This document shows, piece after piece, positions 49,818-59,123 of a DNA stretch of 64,000 bases (position 1 is the first letter of the stretch; each line of letters opens with the position of its first letter). Source of the DNA: Candidatus Hadarchaeota archaeon (GTDB taxonomy: Archaea > CAYQAE01 > CAYVLA01); the NCBI GenBank assembly GCA_964621445.1, contig CAZUNO010000001.1, positions 160,265 to 224,264 of the forward strand. Reading direction: 5' to 3'. The position numbers and the translations under genes are program-made. The notes under the pieces were generated by a model. The model had not been told where the DNA came from. It saw only the letters and a program-made list of their open reading frames with translations, and searched no databases.

Positions 49818-51137
49818 CTAGGATTCGGACAAGCGGGTAACCGACACCTCTCTATAGGCACCCCTCTTAATCATCAGGTGCCAGATGACTATTCCGCAGA
49901 CCAGGAAGGTCGCGCTAACCGCGAACCATTCGATGAGGAATACCCAGGTGAGGGCGGAGTTCTTGAGCCTTATCGCGTCCTCCTCGAGTTTTTCAAAATC
50001 GTCCAGTATTTCCCCCATCTCCAGGTAGGAAGGCTCGAAATCGCCCTGCAGGTAGTCTCGTCCTGCGGAGGCCTTTCGAGATTCAATATTCTCCAACCGG
50101 GAATAGATATCCTGGGTGTTCGCCCCGAAGTTCTCGGCAAAGTCAAACATGGATACCAGGGATGATTTTCTGTATTCGTATTGCCGGAATAGCTCACGGA
50201 GGGAGTGAACCCTGAGGGCGTCCTGTGGAAGTTCCTTTCCCACGCTATACCAGATTACATTGGATACAAGGTCCATGGAGAAGGGATTCCCGCGTCCCGT
50301 CCAGAACTCCTCAATGACCCTGTCCATGGAGGTAAAGGTGGTTGCGTTCTCATAATTCCAAGAGAAAAGATGAGCCGTGTATCCTGGAATATTCCCTCCT
50401 CCGAGGTTAAGACCGCTTCTGACCCAGGTATATACTCTTGACCCCGGGCGGGGTATGGTGATGACCCCGCGAAGGCGGATGTTTTTCTCTATCGATTTCC
50501 TGAATGGAAGGACTATGGGAGGTATGCCCTGCTCGTCGTTGACAATAAGGGGTCCGACCGCAAATGTCTCGGTGGCGTACTGATCGCTATTAACCACGGC
50601 TGAAGCATCGTTTGGGAATGCGTCGGAGACAATGCTGTTCATCCACGGCCCCGACCAGGCGACACTCATGCTATGGACGCTTCTGGTGTTCATTCCGCCA
50701 AGTCCTTCCTCGGCCATTCCCCGGTACATCCAGTTCATCTGTTTATCGGTGAAGAACACCATATCGGTGCACGCCAATAGTATGAAATCATAATCGGCGA
50801 GGTTCTCGAAGGTCCTGGGGAAGTAGATCCGGATCATCCTGGTTACGTCGGATCCGGAAATCTGACTAGTTGTCCTGGAGGGTATGACCGTACCGCTGAG
50901 GGATGGTTCATTAAGCATCCATCCGCGGATTATTGGTACCCTTCCTCCCGCCCTGCAGATGCCGAGGATTTTTATGGGTTTTGCGGTCTCAGCCGCGGCA
51001 GGGCAGGCCAGATTTGATATGAACAGGGCTCCTATCAGCAAAACGAGAAAGTATATGCCCGTTGAGGATTGAGGATTAGGCCTCTGGAAAGCCCATATGG
51101 CCAAAAAGGGGTTGGGAATTGAGAATTTGATGGTCAA
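49818..51137 (-). CDS. hypothetical membrane-anchored extracellular protein
   Basis: An N-terminal TM (FLVLLIGALFISNLA) and a C-terminal TM (FLIEWFAVSATFLVCGIVIW) flank an extracytoplasmic domain of about 380 aa. Confidence 0.4.
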   Translation of the reverse strand: MTIKFSIPNPFLAIWAFQRPNPQSSTGIYFLVLLIGALFISNLACPAAAETAKPIKILGICRAGGRVPIIRGWMLNEPSLSGTVIPSRTTSQISGSDVTRMIRIYFPRTFENLADYDFILLACTDMVFFTDKQMNWMYRGMAEEGLGGMNTRSVHSMSVAWSGPWMNSIVSDAFPNDASAVVNSDQYATETFAVGPLIVNDEQGIPPIVLPFRKSIEKNIRLRGVITIPRPGSRVYTWVRSGLNLGGGNIPGYTAHLFSWNYENATTFTSMDRVIEEFWTGRGNPFSMDLVSNVIWYSVGKELPQDALRVHSLRELFRQYEYRKSSLVSMFDFAENFGANTQDIYSRLENIESRKASAGRDYLQGDFEPSYLEMGEILDDFEKLEEDAIRLKNSALTWVFLIEWFAVSATFLVCGIVIWHLMIKRGAYREVSVTRLSES

Positions 51138-51495
51138 TGTGTTCCGCTCTCCGATATTGGGCCATTTTTTTGCTATTAAGTCTGTTGGACCAGGATGAGA
51201 AAAATTCCGGCTATATCTTTTTGAGTTCGGGGCTGGATATCCTCATAACGACTCCTTTTCACCTTTATCACCAAGTGACCATCAAGATAGGAGAGCGGCC
51301 TGGCAAACCGGGAACAGCATCATAGCAAGTGCAAGAATCAGTGCCCCTTTGGGACATGGAGGATGGTTAATGTCAGGGCAAAAAATCGTAGGTTTATGAA
51401 ATGTAGCTTCAAATCGGGAAATTTTTGAGCAGACAAAAGCCAGTGTGTTTTGGCCGAAGTCAACCCATATTGAGTTATGTATTGGAGTGAGCCAA

Positions 51496-51840
51496 ATGAA
51501 GATTGAAGCATATAGCTTTGGATCCATGGTTGTGGATGGGAAGGAGTACCAGAACGATTTACTGGTCTTTTCAGACAAAGTGAAAAGCAACTGGAGGCGA
51601 AAGAGGGGGCATTCTCTACGGTCTGAGGATCTGGAGGAGGTATACGAGTACCAGCCAGAGGTCCTAGTAGTTGGAAAGGGTGCATACGGGAGGATGAAAA
51701 TACCAGAAGACACCAGGAGAAAGATAAAGAATAAGGAAATCGAGCTTAAGGCCGCGGAAACGGCCAGGGCCCTGGAGATGTTTAACCGGGAGATTGAGAG
51801 GGGAGCAAATGTGGCCGGTGCCTTTCACCTTACTTGCTAA
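51496..51840 (+). CDS. Mth938-like domain protein (DUF498)
   Basis: IEAYSFGSMVVDGKEYQNDLLVF...PEVLVVGKGAYGRM matches the Mth938 fold family. I chose the start at MKIEAY because GGAGTGA (51484..51490) sits 5 nt upstream as an SD-like site. The listed ORF start at 51445 is less likely. Confidence 0.5.
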   Translation: MKIEAYSFGSMVVDGKEYQNDLLVFSDKVKSNWRRKRGHSLRSEDLEEVYEYQPEVLVVGKGAYGRMKIPEDTRRKIKNKEIELKAAETARALEMFNREIERGANVAGAFHLTC

Positions 51841-51979
51841 CATGCTTGCACAGCAGGTGAAGATCCTATGACTTAACTGGATTCTTCTTGCTCTTCTTAT
51901 CAGTGGCTAGTAGGCTCACTCACCCCCAGGTGGACAATAGCTGTCAATGGAGGCCAAGAAGCCCAAATTAGGATAGAGG

Positions 51980-52954
51980 GTGGGGTCAATTTATCCATGT
52001 GAATTGTGGAGGTATGGATGCTCAATGGATTTACTGGATCTAGCAGAGGAGAAGGATGATGTTCTTAGGCCTTATGATCAGCTGGACGTTTTGCTGCTAT
52101 ATGGAATTGTGGCCAAACGGTTGACGAATTTCCTGGGTGATCGTGAGGTGGCAAGCAGGATATGGCTTCCATCCGGGAATATCCCACAGTTGCTCAAGAG
52201 GGGTTCAAAGATGGAGCCTCTCACCGCGGAGGAGATATCCAGGGCCATTACGCCGGATTTTCTAAGGGTCAGGAAGGAGAAGGAGAAACTCTCTGAAGCG
52301 CAGGACCTGACCGAGGTTCAGAGAAAGGCCTGGAGATACTTCGTGCCTCGAAAGTATAGCAATTTTTTCTATGCCACAAACCACGAGGGCGAAGGCCATT
52401 CCATTGACATGTTGTTTTTTGACCTCGACCGAGGAGCGAACATTTCCGCTGAGCAGGCAAGGGAGGCCACGAGTCTCTTTGTTGATGCCGTGAAAAATGA
52501 TGACCAGTTCGGAGAATACGGTTTCAGCGAGCCCTTTACCTATTGGACCGGCAACTCATTTCACGTATTGATATTCGCTGAGGATGCCAAGCCTCATTCC
52601 TTCTATGAGGAACATATTCGATATACCCAGTCCGATCCAGAATCCAGTTTTACCGGGAGATGGGCCAGTATTGTCGATGAACAGATTGATTTTGAGGTCA
52701 AAGGAGGCCATGAGAAATTAGAGAGCCAACTAAACGTCGACCCATCACAGACACCATCGGGCAAGCTTTGCCGGGTGCCTTTGGGCTCACTACATATGGA
52801 GGATTCAAAAACAGTTGATGGAGTCTCGATTCCACTCACTACTTCCATGCTGGGTCAACAAGGCATAACTGAAGCTTTGTCCAGCTACGGCCCTACAGAT
52901 ATCGTGGAAAATCTCTCGGAGTTCCACCAGAGATTACCGGAGGAGCTGAGGTGA
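51980..52954 (+). CDS. archaeo-eukaryotic primase (AEP) superfamily primase-polymerase-like protein
   Basis: AEP motif I is LFFDLDRG (DxD). Motif II is TGNSFHVLIF (sGxxGxH). A motif III-like segment is LCRVPLGSLHMEDSKT (R-hP-GS-hH-K). The likely start is Met at 52025, preceded by GGAGGT. Confidence 0.45.
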   Translation: MGSIYPCELWRYGCSMDLLDLAEEKDDVLRPYDQLDVLLLYGIVAKRLTNFLGDREVASRIWLPSGNIPQLLKRGSKMEPLTAEEISRAITPDFLRVRKEKEKLSEAQDLTEVQRKAWRYFVPRKYSNFFYATNHEGEGHSIDMLFFDLDRGANISAEQAREATSLFVDAVKNDDQFGEYGFSEPFTYWTGNSFHVLIFAEDAKPHSFYEEHIRYTQSDPESSFTGRWASIVDEQIDFEVKGGHEKLESQLNVDPSQTPSGKLCRVPLGSLHMEDSKTVDGVSIPLTTSMLGQQGITEALSSYGPTDIVENLSEFHQRLPEELR

Positions 52955-53053
52955 CGGTGATGGAATTCAGGGACCTGGATGGGTTACCAAACCCCATATT
53001 CCCCTTACGTCTAATCACGAAGGACAGGTATCCAATCACACTTTTCCCTCATC

Positions 53054-54829
53054 GTGATCTCGGGTGAGATTTCCATGGATTTCGATACGTTGACTGGTTA
53101 CTTCGGGAAATTGCAGGAAACATCAAGCAGAGATGACATGATAGACATACTATCCAACCTCTTCGAGGATATTGACAGGGAGGATTTGGACATCGTATGT
53201 TACCTATCACTGGGTCGTCTTGCTGCCGGTTATCAGGAAGTAAAACTCGGGGTTGGGGATGAGCTGGTTAAGGGGGCAATATCCCGGGCAGCGGGAGTGA
53301 ACGGGGAAGAAGTGGAGAAGTCGATGCGAGAACTGGGTGACCTAGGGGAGGTCGCACATGATGTGATAAGCGAGGACCGTAGAGATGTGGGCGGATCTCT
53401 GGACCTGGAGGGAAAACTGAGCGTTAAGGATGTCCACGAGGGTTTGATTAGGATATCGAAGGCGCAGGGGAGCGGGAGCCAGGAACGAAAGATGGAGATC
53501 CTGGCGGACCTGCTTGCTCAGTCCACCAAACGGGAGGGAATGTATATCGTGCGCCTGGCCGTTGGCGAGATGCGACTAGGGGTTGGCGACATGACGGTCT
53601 TGGATGGGTTGGCAGACGCCTACTTGGGGTCAAAGGAGGAAAGACCCCCCTTGGAGCACGCCTACAACATATCTTCAGATATAGGTGAGGTTGCCAAGGT
53701 CCTGGACCGGAGCGGCCTTCCGGGGGTCAAGAGGATGAGAGTGTCGATCAACAGACCGCTGAGACCGATGCTGGCCCAAAGGGTCGATAAGATCTCCCAG
53801 ATAATGGACAAGATGCGCCCTGCCGATGTGGGGGTTGAGGAAAAATACGATGGGGAACGTATTCAGGCACATAAGAATGGTGAGCAGGTTACCCTGTACT
53901 CGCGTCGCCTCAACGATGTCACCCATCAGTTTCCCGATGTCGTTGATCAGGTGGCAGGACATGTCCAGGGTGAAAAGGCCATTGTGGACGGGGAAGTCGT
54001 GGCCTACGATTTCCAGAACGAGGTGTATTACCCGTTCCAAAAGCTAATGGAAAGGCGTCGTAAATACGATATGGAGGAATATGCGGACAAGATTCCCGTG
54101 AAATATATGGCCTTCGATATCCTATATTTGAACGGAAAATCCATCCTTGGAAAGGGTTACCCTGAAAGGCGGAAGGCCCTGGAGGACGTACTATCCAACC
54201 ACAAGTACATAGCGGTCACCAATAGGGCCGTGGTATCGGAAACCGAGGAACTGGAGGACTTTTTCCAGGAATGCCTGGACCGTGGACTGGAGGGCGTGGT
54301 CTGCAAATCTTGTGCAAAGGGAAGCAAGTACAGGGCCGGAGCCAGGGAATGGAGCTGGATCAAGTGGAAGGAGGAGTATGCAACCGAGCTGTCGGACACC
54401 CTAGATCTGGTGGTTGTGGGGGCCTACTCCGGGAAGGGAAGCAGAGGTGGGACCTACGGGGCTCTACTTTGTGCGGTCTATAACCATGACCGGGACCTCT
54501 ACCAGACACTCTGCAAACTTGGCACCGGATTCACCGATCAGCAATTGGAGGAACTCCCGGAAAAGCTTAAGGATGCGGAGACCGAAGACAAACCTTCGAG
54601 GCTGGACGTCACGGATGAGATGGCGCCCCATAAGTGGTTCGAACCGGAATATGTCCTGGAGGTTAAGGGGGCAGAGATAACGGAGAGCGGGGTGCACACC
54701 TGCGGACGTGGTGAGCCCGAAGAACGCGGATTGGGCCTCCGTTTTCCAAGATTCATGCGTTGGAGACCGGATAAGAAAGCAAATCAGGCCACCACCGATG
54801 AGGAGGTCCGTCAACTTTCTGTCAACTAA
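53054..54829 (+). CDS. lig: ATP-dependent DNA ligase (archaeal Lig1-type, replicative)
   Basis: The adenylation motif I is EEKYDGERIQ (KYDGER). There is an N-terminal DNA-binding domain and a C-terminal OB-fold, 591 aa. Confidence 0.85.
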   Translation: MISGEISMDFDTLTGYFGKLQETSSRDDMIDILSNLFEDIDREDLDIVCYLSLGRLAAGYQEVKLGVGDELVKGAISRAAGVNGEEVEKSMRELGDLGEVAHDVISEDRRDVGGSLDLEGKLSVKDVHEGLIRISKAQGSGSQERKMEILADLLAQSTKREGMYIVRLAVGEMRLGVGDMTVLDGLADAYLGSKEERPPLEHAYNISSDIGEVAKVLDRSGLPGVKRMRVSINRPLRPMLAQRVDKISQIMDKMRPADVGVEEKYDGERIQAHKNGEQVTLYSRRLNDVTHQFPDVVDQVAGHVQGEKAIVDGEVVAYDFQNEVYYPFQKLMERRRKYDMEEYADKIPVKYMAFDILYLNGKSILGKGYPERRKALEDVLSNHKYIAVTNRAVVSETEELEDFFQECLDRGLEGVVCKSCAKGSKYRAGAREWSWIKWKEEYATELSDTLDLVVVGAYSGKGSRGGTYGALLCAVYNHDRDLYQTLCKLGTGFTDQQLEELPEKLKDAETEDKPSRLDVTDEMAPHKWFEPEYVLEVKGAEITESGVHTCGRGEPEERGLGLRFPRFMRWRPDKKANQATTDEEVRQLSVN

Positions 54830-54855
54830 TATCACATCAAATGGCCCGATCTTGC

Positions 54856-54862
54856 TTTTTTT
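54856..54862 (+). terminator. oligo-T tract downstream of ligase stop (archaeal terminator-like)
   Basis: cttgctttttttatg lies about 25 nt after the ligase stop codon. Confidence 0.3.
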
Positions 54863-54971
54863 ATGATTCCAGGAGCATATCAATGAGAGGAAACTCCTCC
54901 GACATGTTAGATTCCCACCCCAACTGCTTAAGCAGATGATCGCTAACCGTGTGAGCGCTGATATGCTTAAC

Positions 54972-57296
54972 TCAATCTATAGATCTCTCTCGCAAGCATT
55001 CGACGATATCCATTTTCTGTATGGCCCTTATCGGGGATATCGCCGATAGAAGAAAGAATGATGCAACGGACCCCAAGATCAGGCCTAGGGTTCCGGTGCT
55101 GATATTGATTGGATAGAAGAACATCAATTCGCTGTAAATATCCCTTAGAATTAGGGAGAAGAGATAACATGTTGGTAAACCCAGCCCGGTGCTGATGACA
55201 CCGAGTACAGTTATCTCCTGGAGGATCGTTTTCTCGGAGTCTCTCTTACTGTAACCTAGCATCTCGAGCAGACCATATTCCGATTTTCTTTCCAGTACGT
55301 TGATCAGGGAGACGGTTATCACGGTAACTATGAGCAGTGAGAGGTTCATGAAAAAGAAGAAGTATAGCAAACCTTTCATCTCGCCCACCATGGTATTCAT
55401 CATGACCCCAAAATCATCGGAGCTTACCACATTTGAGATCTCTTTTCTCCCAAACATCTCCCTCTTCAGCTGTTGCGAGTCCTGGCGGGTTTTCAGGAAG
55501 AGACCGGTCGAATAATCGGGCAGACCACTTAGACTCTGAACCTTTGATTTTCCCAAGAAAACCGTATTTTCCCTCAGATCGGTGACTATTCCCTTGATCT
55601 CAAGAGGTTCCTCCCTTCCTCCCGATTTCACCATCATCTCATCCCCAACCGAGAGATCGAGTTGTTTAGCTATGTTGGTTGTTACCAGGCACCCGCTATT
55701 TCCATAATCCAAGCTTCCGGAGGTTATAATGAAATCTATCATCTTACTGGATGAGGTGATACCTAGAAGCTTGAGGTCCTTGCCCAGGGATTGACCGTAT
55801 CCCAGGGCATAGGTTTCATATGATGTGATGCGATCCTCGAAATCTCCTGTGAATATATCCAACTTTTCATCTGGCATGGGAGAGGTAAAGCTGATCTGTA
55901 GGTCCCAGTTCTGTTGATACTTCCAAAGCTCGGCCTGGCCAACAATGGAATCAATCATGATGACCCAGGCCCCCGAAATGCCAATGGTAAGTGCAAGAGC
56001 CATTATTAGCGCGATCAAACGCTTTGGTTTCCTAACCAGGTTTCTAAATGAGAATTTACCTAACTTGGAGAGATGCTCATCGATATTTAGTCTCACAATT
56101 TTTTCCTCTGAATCCCCGGACCTCATGGCCTCCCTGGCCGAGAGGTTGTTAATACGGTAGACGGAGATGAGAACGGGAAATATCACAAGGAAGGTACCCG
56201 CTACCACCGATATCAAGAAGGGCATGGCCGAGAACTTGGTTACTAAATCTACATCTAGAAAGATCTCCATACCCGTTCCTGCCCACATGTATCCGACGAA
56301 GATGGCCATTAGTCCCCCCAATATACCGCATATTGCCCCCAGAATGGAGCCGAAGCATAGGTAGCTACCCATTATCCTCCTCCGTGAATATCCCATGGCC
56401 ATCAAGACGCCGATCTCCTTCCGCTGACTCAGTATTATCTTACTCATGACCACAATTATCAGCACGGAACCTATCATGGAGAAGATTATGGTCATTATTG
56501 GGATAACCTTCTCCTCCTCTTCGATGGCCGCTTCGAAGACTTGGTAGGTATACTCGTCCTCTCTATCCGAGATATCCAGAAGAATTGAACTACCGGCAAT
56601 TCCCAGTATCTCATCCTTTATTATCCGTGGGTCAACATGTTCATCAAGTTCGATGAGAAGATTGTTGAGGGAAAGGGAGCTGAAGTTTCTAAGGGTGGCC
56701 ATATCAACATAGGCCACCGCCTTGTCACCCGGCATGGGTATGGAGGAGCCAGGAACCGGGGGCACGGCCGAGTATTCAGCACTTCCGACATGCCCAATCA
56801 CCTCAAAGGAACCGGTGTTGCCTGAAATCTGGGCCTGAATGGAGCTGCCTACCTCGAATGCGGGGTCTTTTCCTGCCAGGACGATATCTTTACCTACAAT
56901 ATCATCCCTGCCCTCTTTCAAGGAGAATGTATTCAGTCCCGGGTCTTTTACGCCAATAAAGAGGGCGGATTTGTATTCCGGCGAGGTGAGGAACCCATCA
57001 AGTATTAGCCTGGACTCTACCCTCTCTATCCCCTTAACCTCCTCGAACCGTTGAACCAGAGATTCATTGCCCCCGCTGATTGATATCTCGAGATCCGCGT
57101 AATTCGCTTTCCGGAACATCTCCTCCCTGGTCTCGACCATCATGTCCTTTGCATACATACCCCCCACCATGAGGCTGAGGGTGACTATGAATACCAGGGA
57201 TATCCCAATAACCCTCCCTTTCATATCCCCTACGTCTTTGAACGGTTTCTTGAGAATTTTAGAAACCACGATATCACAATTCGCTGAGTTTTCCAT
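54972..57296 (-). CDS. ABC transporter permease (MacB/FtsX-like, two FtsX domains with large extracytoplasmic loop)
   Basis: 774 aa, with repeated four-TM FtsX-type segments separated by large loops. Confidence 0.65.
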   Translation of the reverse strand: MENSANCDIVVSKILKKPFKDVGDMKGRVIGISLVFIVTLSLMVGGMYAKDMMVETREEMFRKANYADLEISISGGNESLVQRFEEVKGIERVESRLILDGFLTSPEYKSALFIGVKDPGLNTFSLKEGRDDIVGKDIVLAGKDPAFEVGSSIQAQISGNTGSFEVIGHVGSAEYSAVPPVPGSSIPMPGDKAVAYVDMATLRNFSSLSLNNLLIELDEHVDPRIIKDEILGIAGSSILLDISDREDEYTYQVFEAAIEEEEKVIPIMTIIFSMIGSVLIIVVMSKIILSQRKEIGVLMAMGYSRRRIMGSYLCFGSILGAICGILGGLMAIFVGYMWAGTGMEIFLDVDLVTKFSAMPFLISVVAGTFLVIFPVLISVYRINNLSAREAMRSGDSEEKIVRLNIDEHLSKLGKFSFRNLVRKPKRLIALIMALALTIGISGAWVIMIDSIVGQAELWKYQQNWDLQISFTSPMPDEKLDIFTGDFEDRITSYETYALGYGQSLGKDLKLLGITSSSKMIDFIITSGSLDYGNSGCLVTTNIAKQLDLSVGDEMMVKSGGREEPLEIKGIVTDLRENTVFLGKSKVQSLSGLPDYSTGLFLKTRQDSQQLKREMFGRKEISNVVSSDDFGVMMNTMVGEMKGLLYFFFFMNLSLLIVTVITVSLINVLERKSEYGLLEMLGYSKRDSEKTILQEITVLGVISTGLGLPTCYLFSLILRDIYSELMFFYPINISTGTLGLILGSVASFFLLSAISPIRAIQKMDIVECLRERSID

Positions 57297-57948
57297 GCCT
57301 CAACTCGTAGATATTATCTGCGTACTCCCTAAGACCTCTATCGTGGCTGACTATGACCATGGTCGTTCCCAAGTTCCTGTTTACATCCCTCAGCAGCTCT
57401 ATGATCTGCGTTGAGGTTTCCTCGTCGAGGTTGCCCGTGGGTTCATCTCCAAGAATTATCTGAGGGTCCTTGGCCAGCGCCCTAGCGATGGCCACTCTCT
57501 GCTGCTCCCCTCCGGATAACTGTTGGGGGAACTTTTCCATATCTCTATTCAACCCAACTTTTTCCAGATATTTCCCTGATTCCTCCCTCACTCTCTCCTG
57601 GTTCCAATCCTTAACTTCGCAGCCCAGTTCCACATTGTCCCTTGCATTCAAGGTCGGCATCAGGTTGTAGAACTGGAATATGAATCCGACTCTGGTTGCT
57701 CGATATTCTCTCAACTCTCCTCTTGAAAAGCTGGAAACGTCCTTTCCGTCAAAGGTTATCCTTCCTTCATCGGCTGAGTCGATTCCCCCGAGGATATTGA
57801 GCAAGGTGGTTTTCCCGCTGCCAGATGGCCCCATGACCAGCGTCATATCCCCTTCTTGAACTCCGAGGCTAAGTCCATTTAGGACTCTTCTCTGGGTTTC
57901 CCCGCTCTTATAGGATTTATGGATATCAATGGCGCTCAAGAAACCCAT
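57274..57948 (-). CDS. ABC transporter ATP-binding protein (MacB/LolD-like)
   Basis: Walker A GPSGSGKTT, signature LSGGEQQRVAIARAL, and Walker B ILGDEPTGNLD. It overlaps the permease by 23 nt. Confidence 0.85.
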   Translation of the reverse strand: MGFLSAIDIHKSYKSGETQRRVLNGLSLGVQEGDMTLVMGPSGSGKTTLLNILGGIDSADEGRITFDGKDVSSFSRGELREYRATRVGFIFQFYNLMPTLNARDNVELGCEVKDWNQERVREESGKYLEKVGLNRDMEKFPQQLSGGEQQRVAIARALAKDPQIILGDEPTGNLDEETSTQIIELLRDVNRNLGTTMVIVSHDRGLREYADNIYELRHGKLSEL

Positions 57949-58243
57949 TTTTTACCTCTCCCTTCTATAGGCAATTTCAGGCCTTCCGTAGTCCCAGTTA
58001 AGAGAGTTAGGATGGATAAGCATCATATCAGTTTTCGAATTCAAGGCTTAAATCCTTTGACGATTTAAGAGCTATGTTTTCAATTTACTGTGATAAAAGC
58101 TCTTAGAGGTGAGCATTGATCGCGGCTTGTTGGGTATCATGTTTTTGAAGCTTCATCCTCCAAAGTTTTCCGACCACCTCAGGGACCGGAAATGAGTATG
58201 GATTATCTTTTTAAGTAGAGGTCAGGGCAATCCGTCCTCAAGG

Positions 58244-59077
58244 TTGTTAAACGTGAGGGAGAAAACCCTTGTCAAGGAGCCGAATTACATTTCCGATACC
58301 TGTGAGGCGGGGCCCTTTGTATGGCGTGACAGATTGATGTTGATGGAGTGCATTCGCAAGCGATTGTCCACGGGGAAGATGGATCTATCTATAATTATAA
58401 AGGATGTGGGGACCGATGAGCAGTTGGCTCGCTTTGGTGCAGGATATGGTCTGGCCTGCGTTATCCCATATGGAAAGGAGCTTTTCGTCTATGCGTCTAG
58501 ATGGCAGAATGAAACCTGGAATGATGTAACCCTGTTTCACTCGGAAGATATGAAGAAGTGGACCCACAGCCTCGTCCTCCGGCAGAATCCCAAAGAGCAT
58601 CTGTTCAACAGCTCAGTATGCGCCACTGACAAGGGCTTCGTCATGTCCTATGAGTCAAATGATCCCCAGTACGTTCCCTTCAGCGTTAAATTTGCCAGAT
58701 CCTCGGACCTGTTGCATTGGGATAGGGTCGATGGTGCCGTGCTCGGGCCCCATAGATATGCAGCCTGTCCCTGTATCCGGTACAATGATGGTTACTACTA
58801 TGTTCTCTATGCGGTCCATTTGGAGCCGGATTGGCGTTTCGAAACCTACATATCCCGTTCCCGGGACTTGATCTCCTGGGAGGATTCACCCAAAAACCCA
58901 ATAATCGATCCGGAGGATGGAGAGGGCATAAATGCCTCTGACCCTGACCTTGTGGAATACAAAGGAAAGGTCTATCTCTATTACGCGATCGGTGACCAGA
59001 GAACCTATGTAAAACTGAAAAGGGCTAGCTTCGATGGCAGTCTTGGGGATTTCCTGATGTGGTGTTACGAGAACTGA
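58244..59077 (+). CDS. beta-propeller glycoside-hydrolase-like protein (GH43/GH32/GH117-like)
   Basis: PCIRYNDGYYYVLYAV and GKVYLYYAIGDQ blade motifs. Confidence 0.35.
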   Translation: MLNVREKTLVKEPNYISDTCEAGPFVWRDRLMLMECIRKRLSTGKMDLSIIIKDVGTDEQLARFGAGYGLACVIPYGKELFVYASRWQNETWNDVTLFHSEDMKKWTHSLVLRQNPKEHLFNSSVCATDKGFVMSYESNDPQYVPFSVKFARSSDLLHWDRVDGAVLGPHRYAACPCIRYNDGYYYVLYAVHLEPDWRFETYISRSRDLISWEDSPKNPIIDPEDGEGINASDPDLVEYKGKVYLYYAIGDQRTYVKLKRASFDGSLGDFLMWCYEN

Positions 59078-59123
59078 TATCGATGGCAATTAACTTGGAC
59101 TAATTGCACCATGATTGTCGTGG

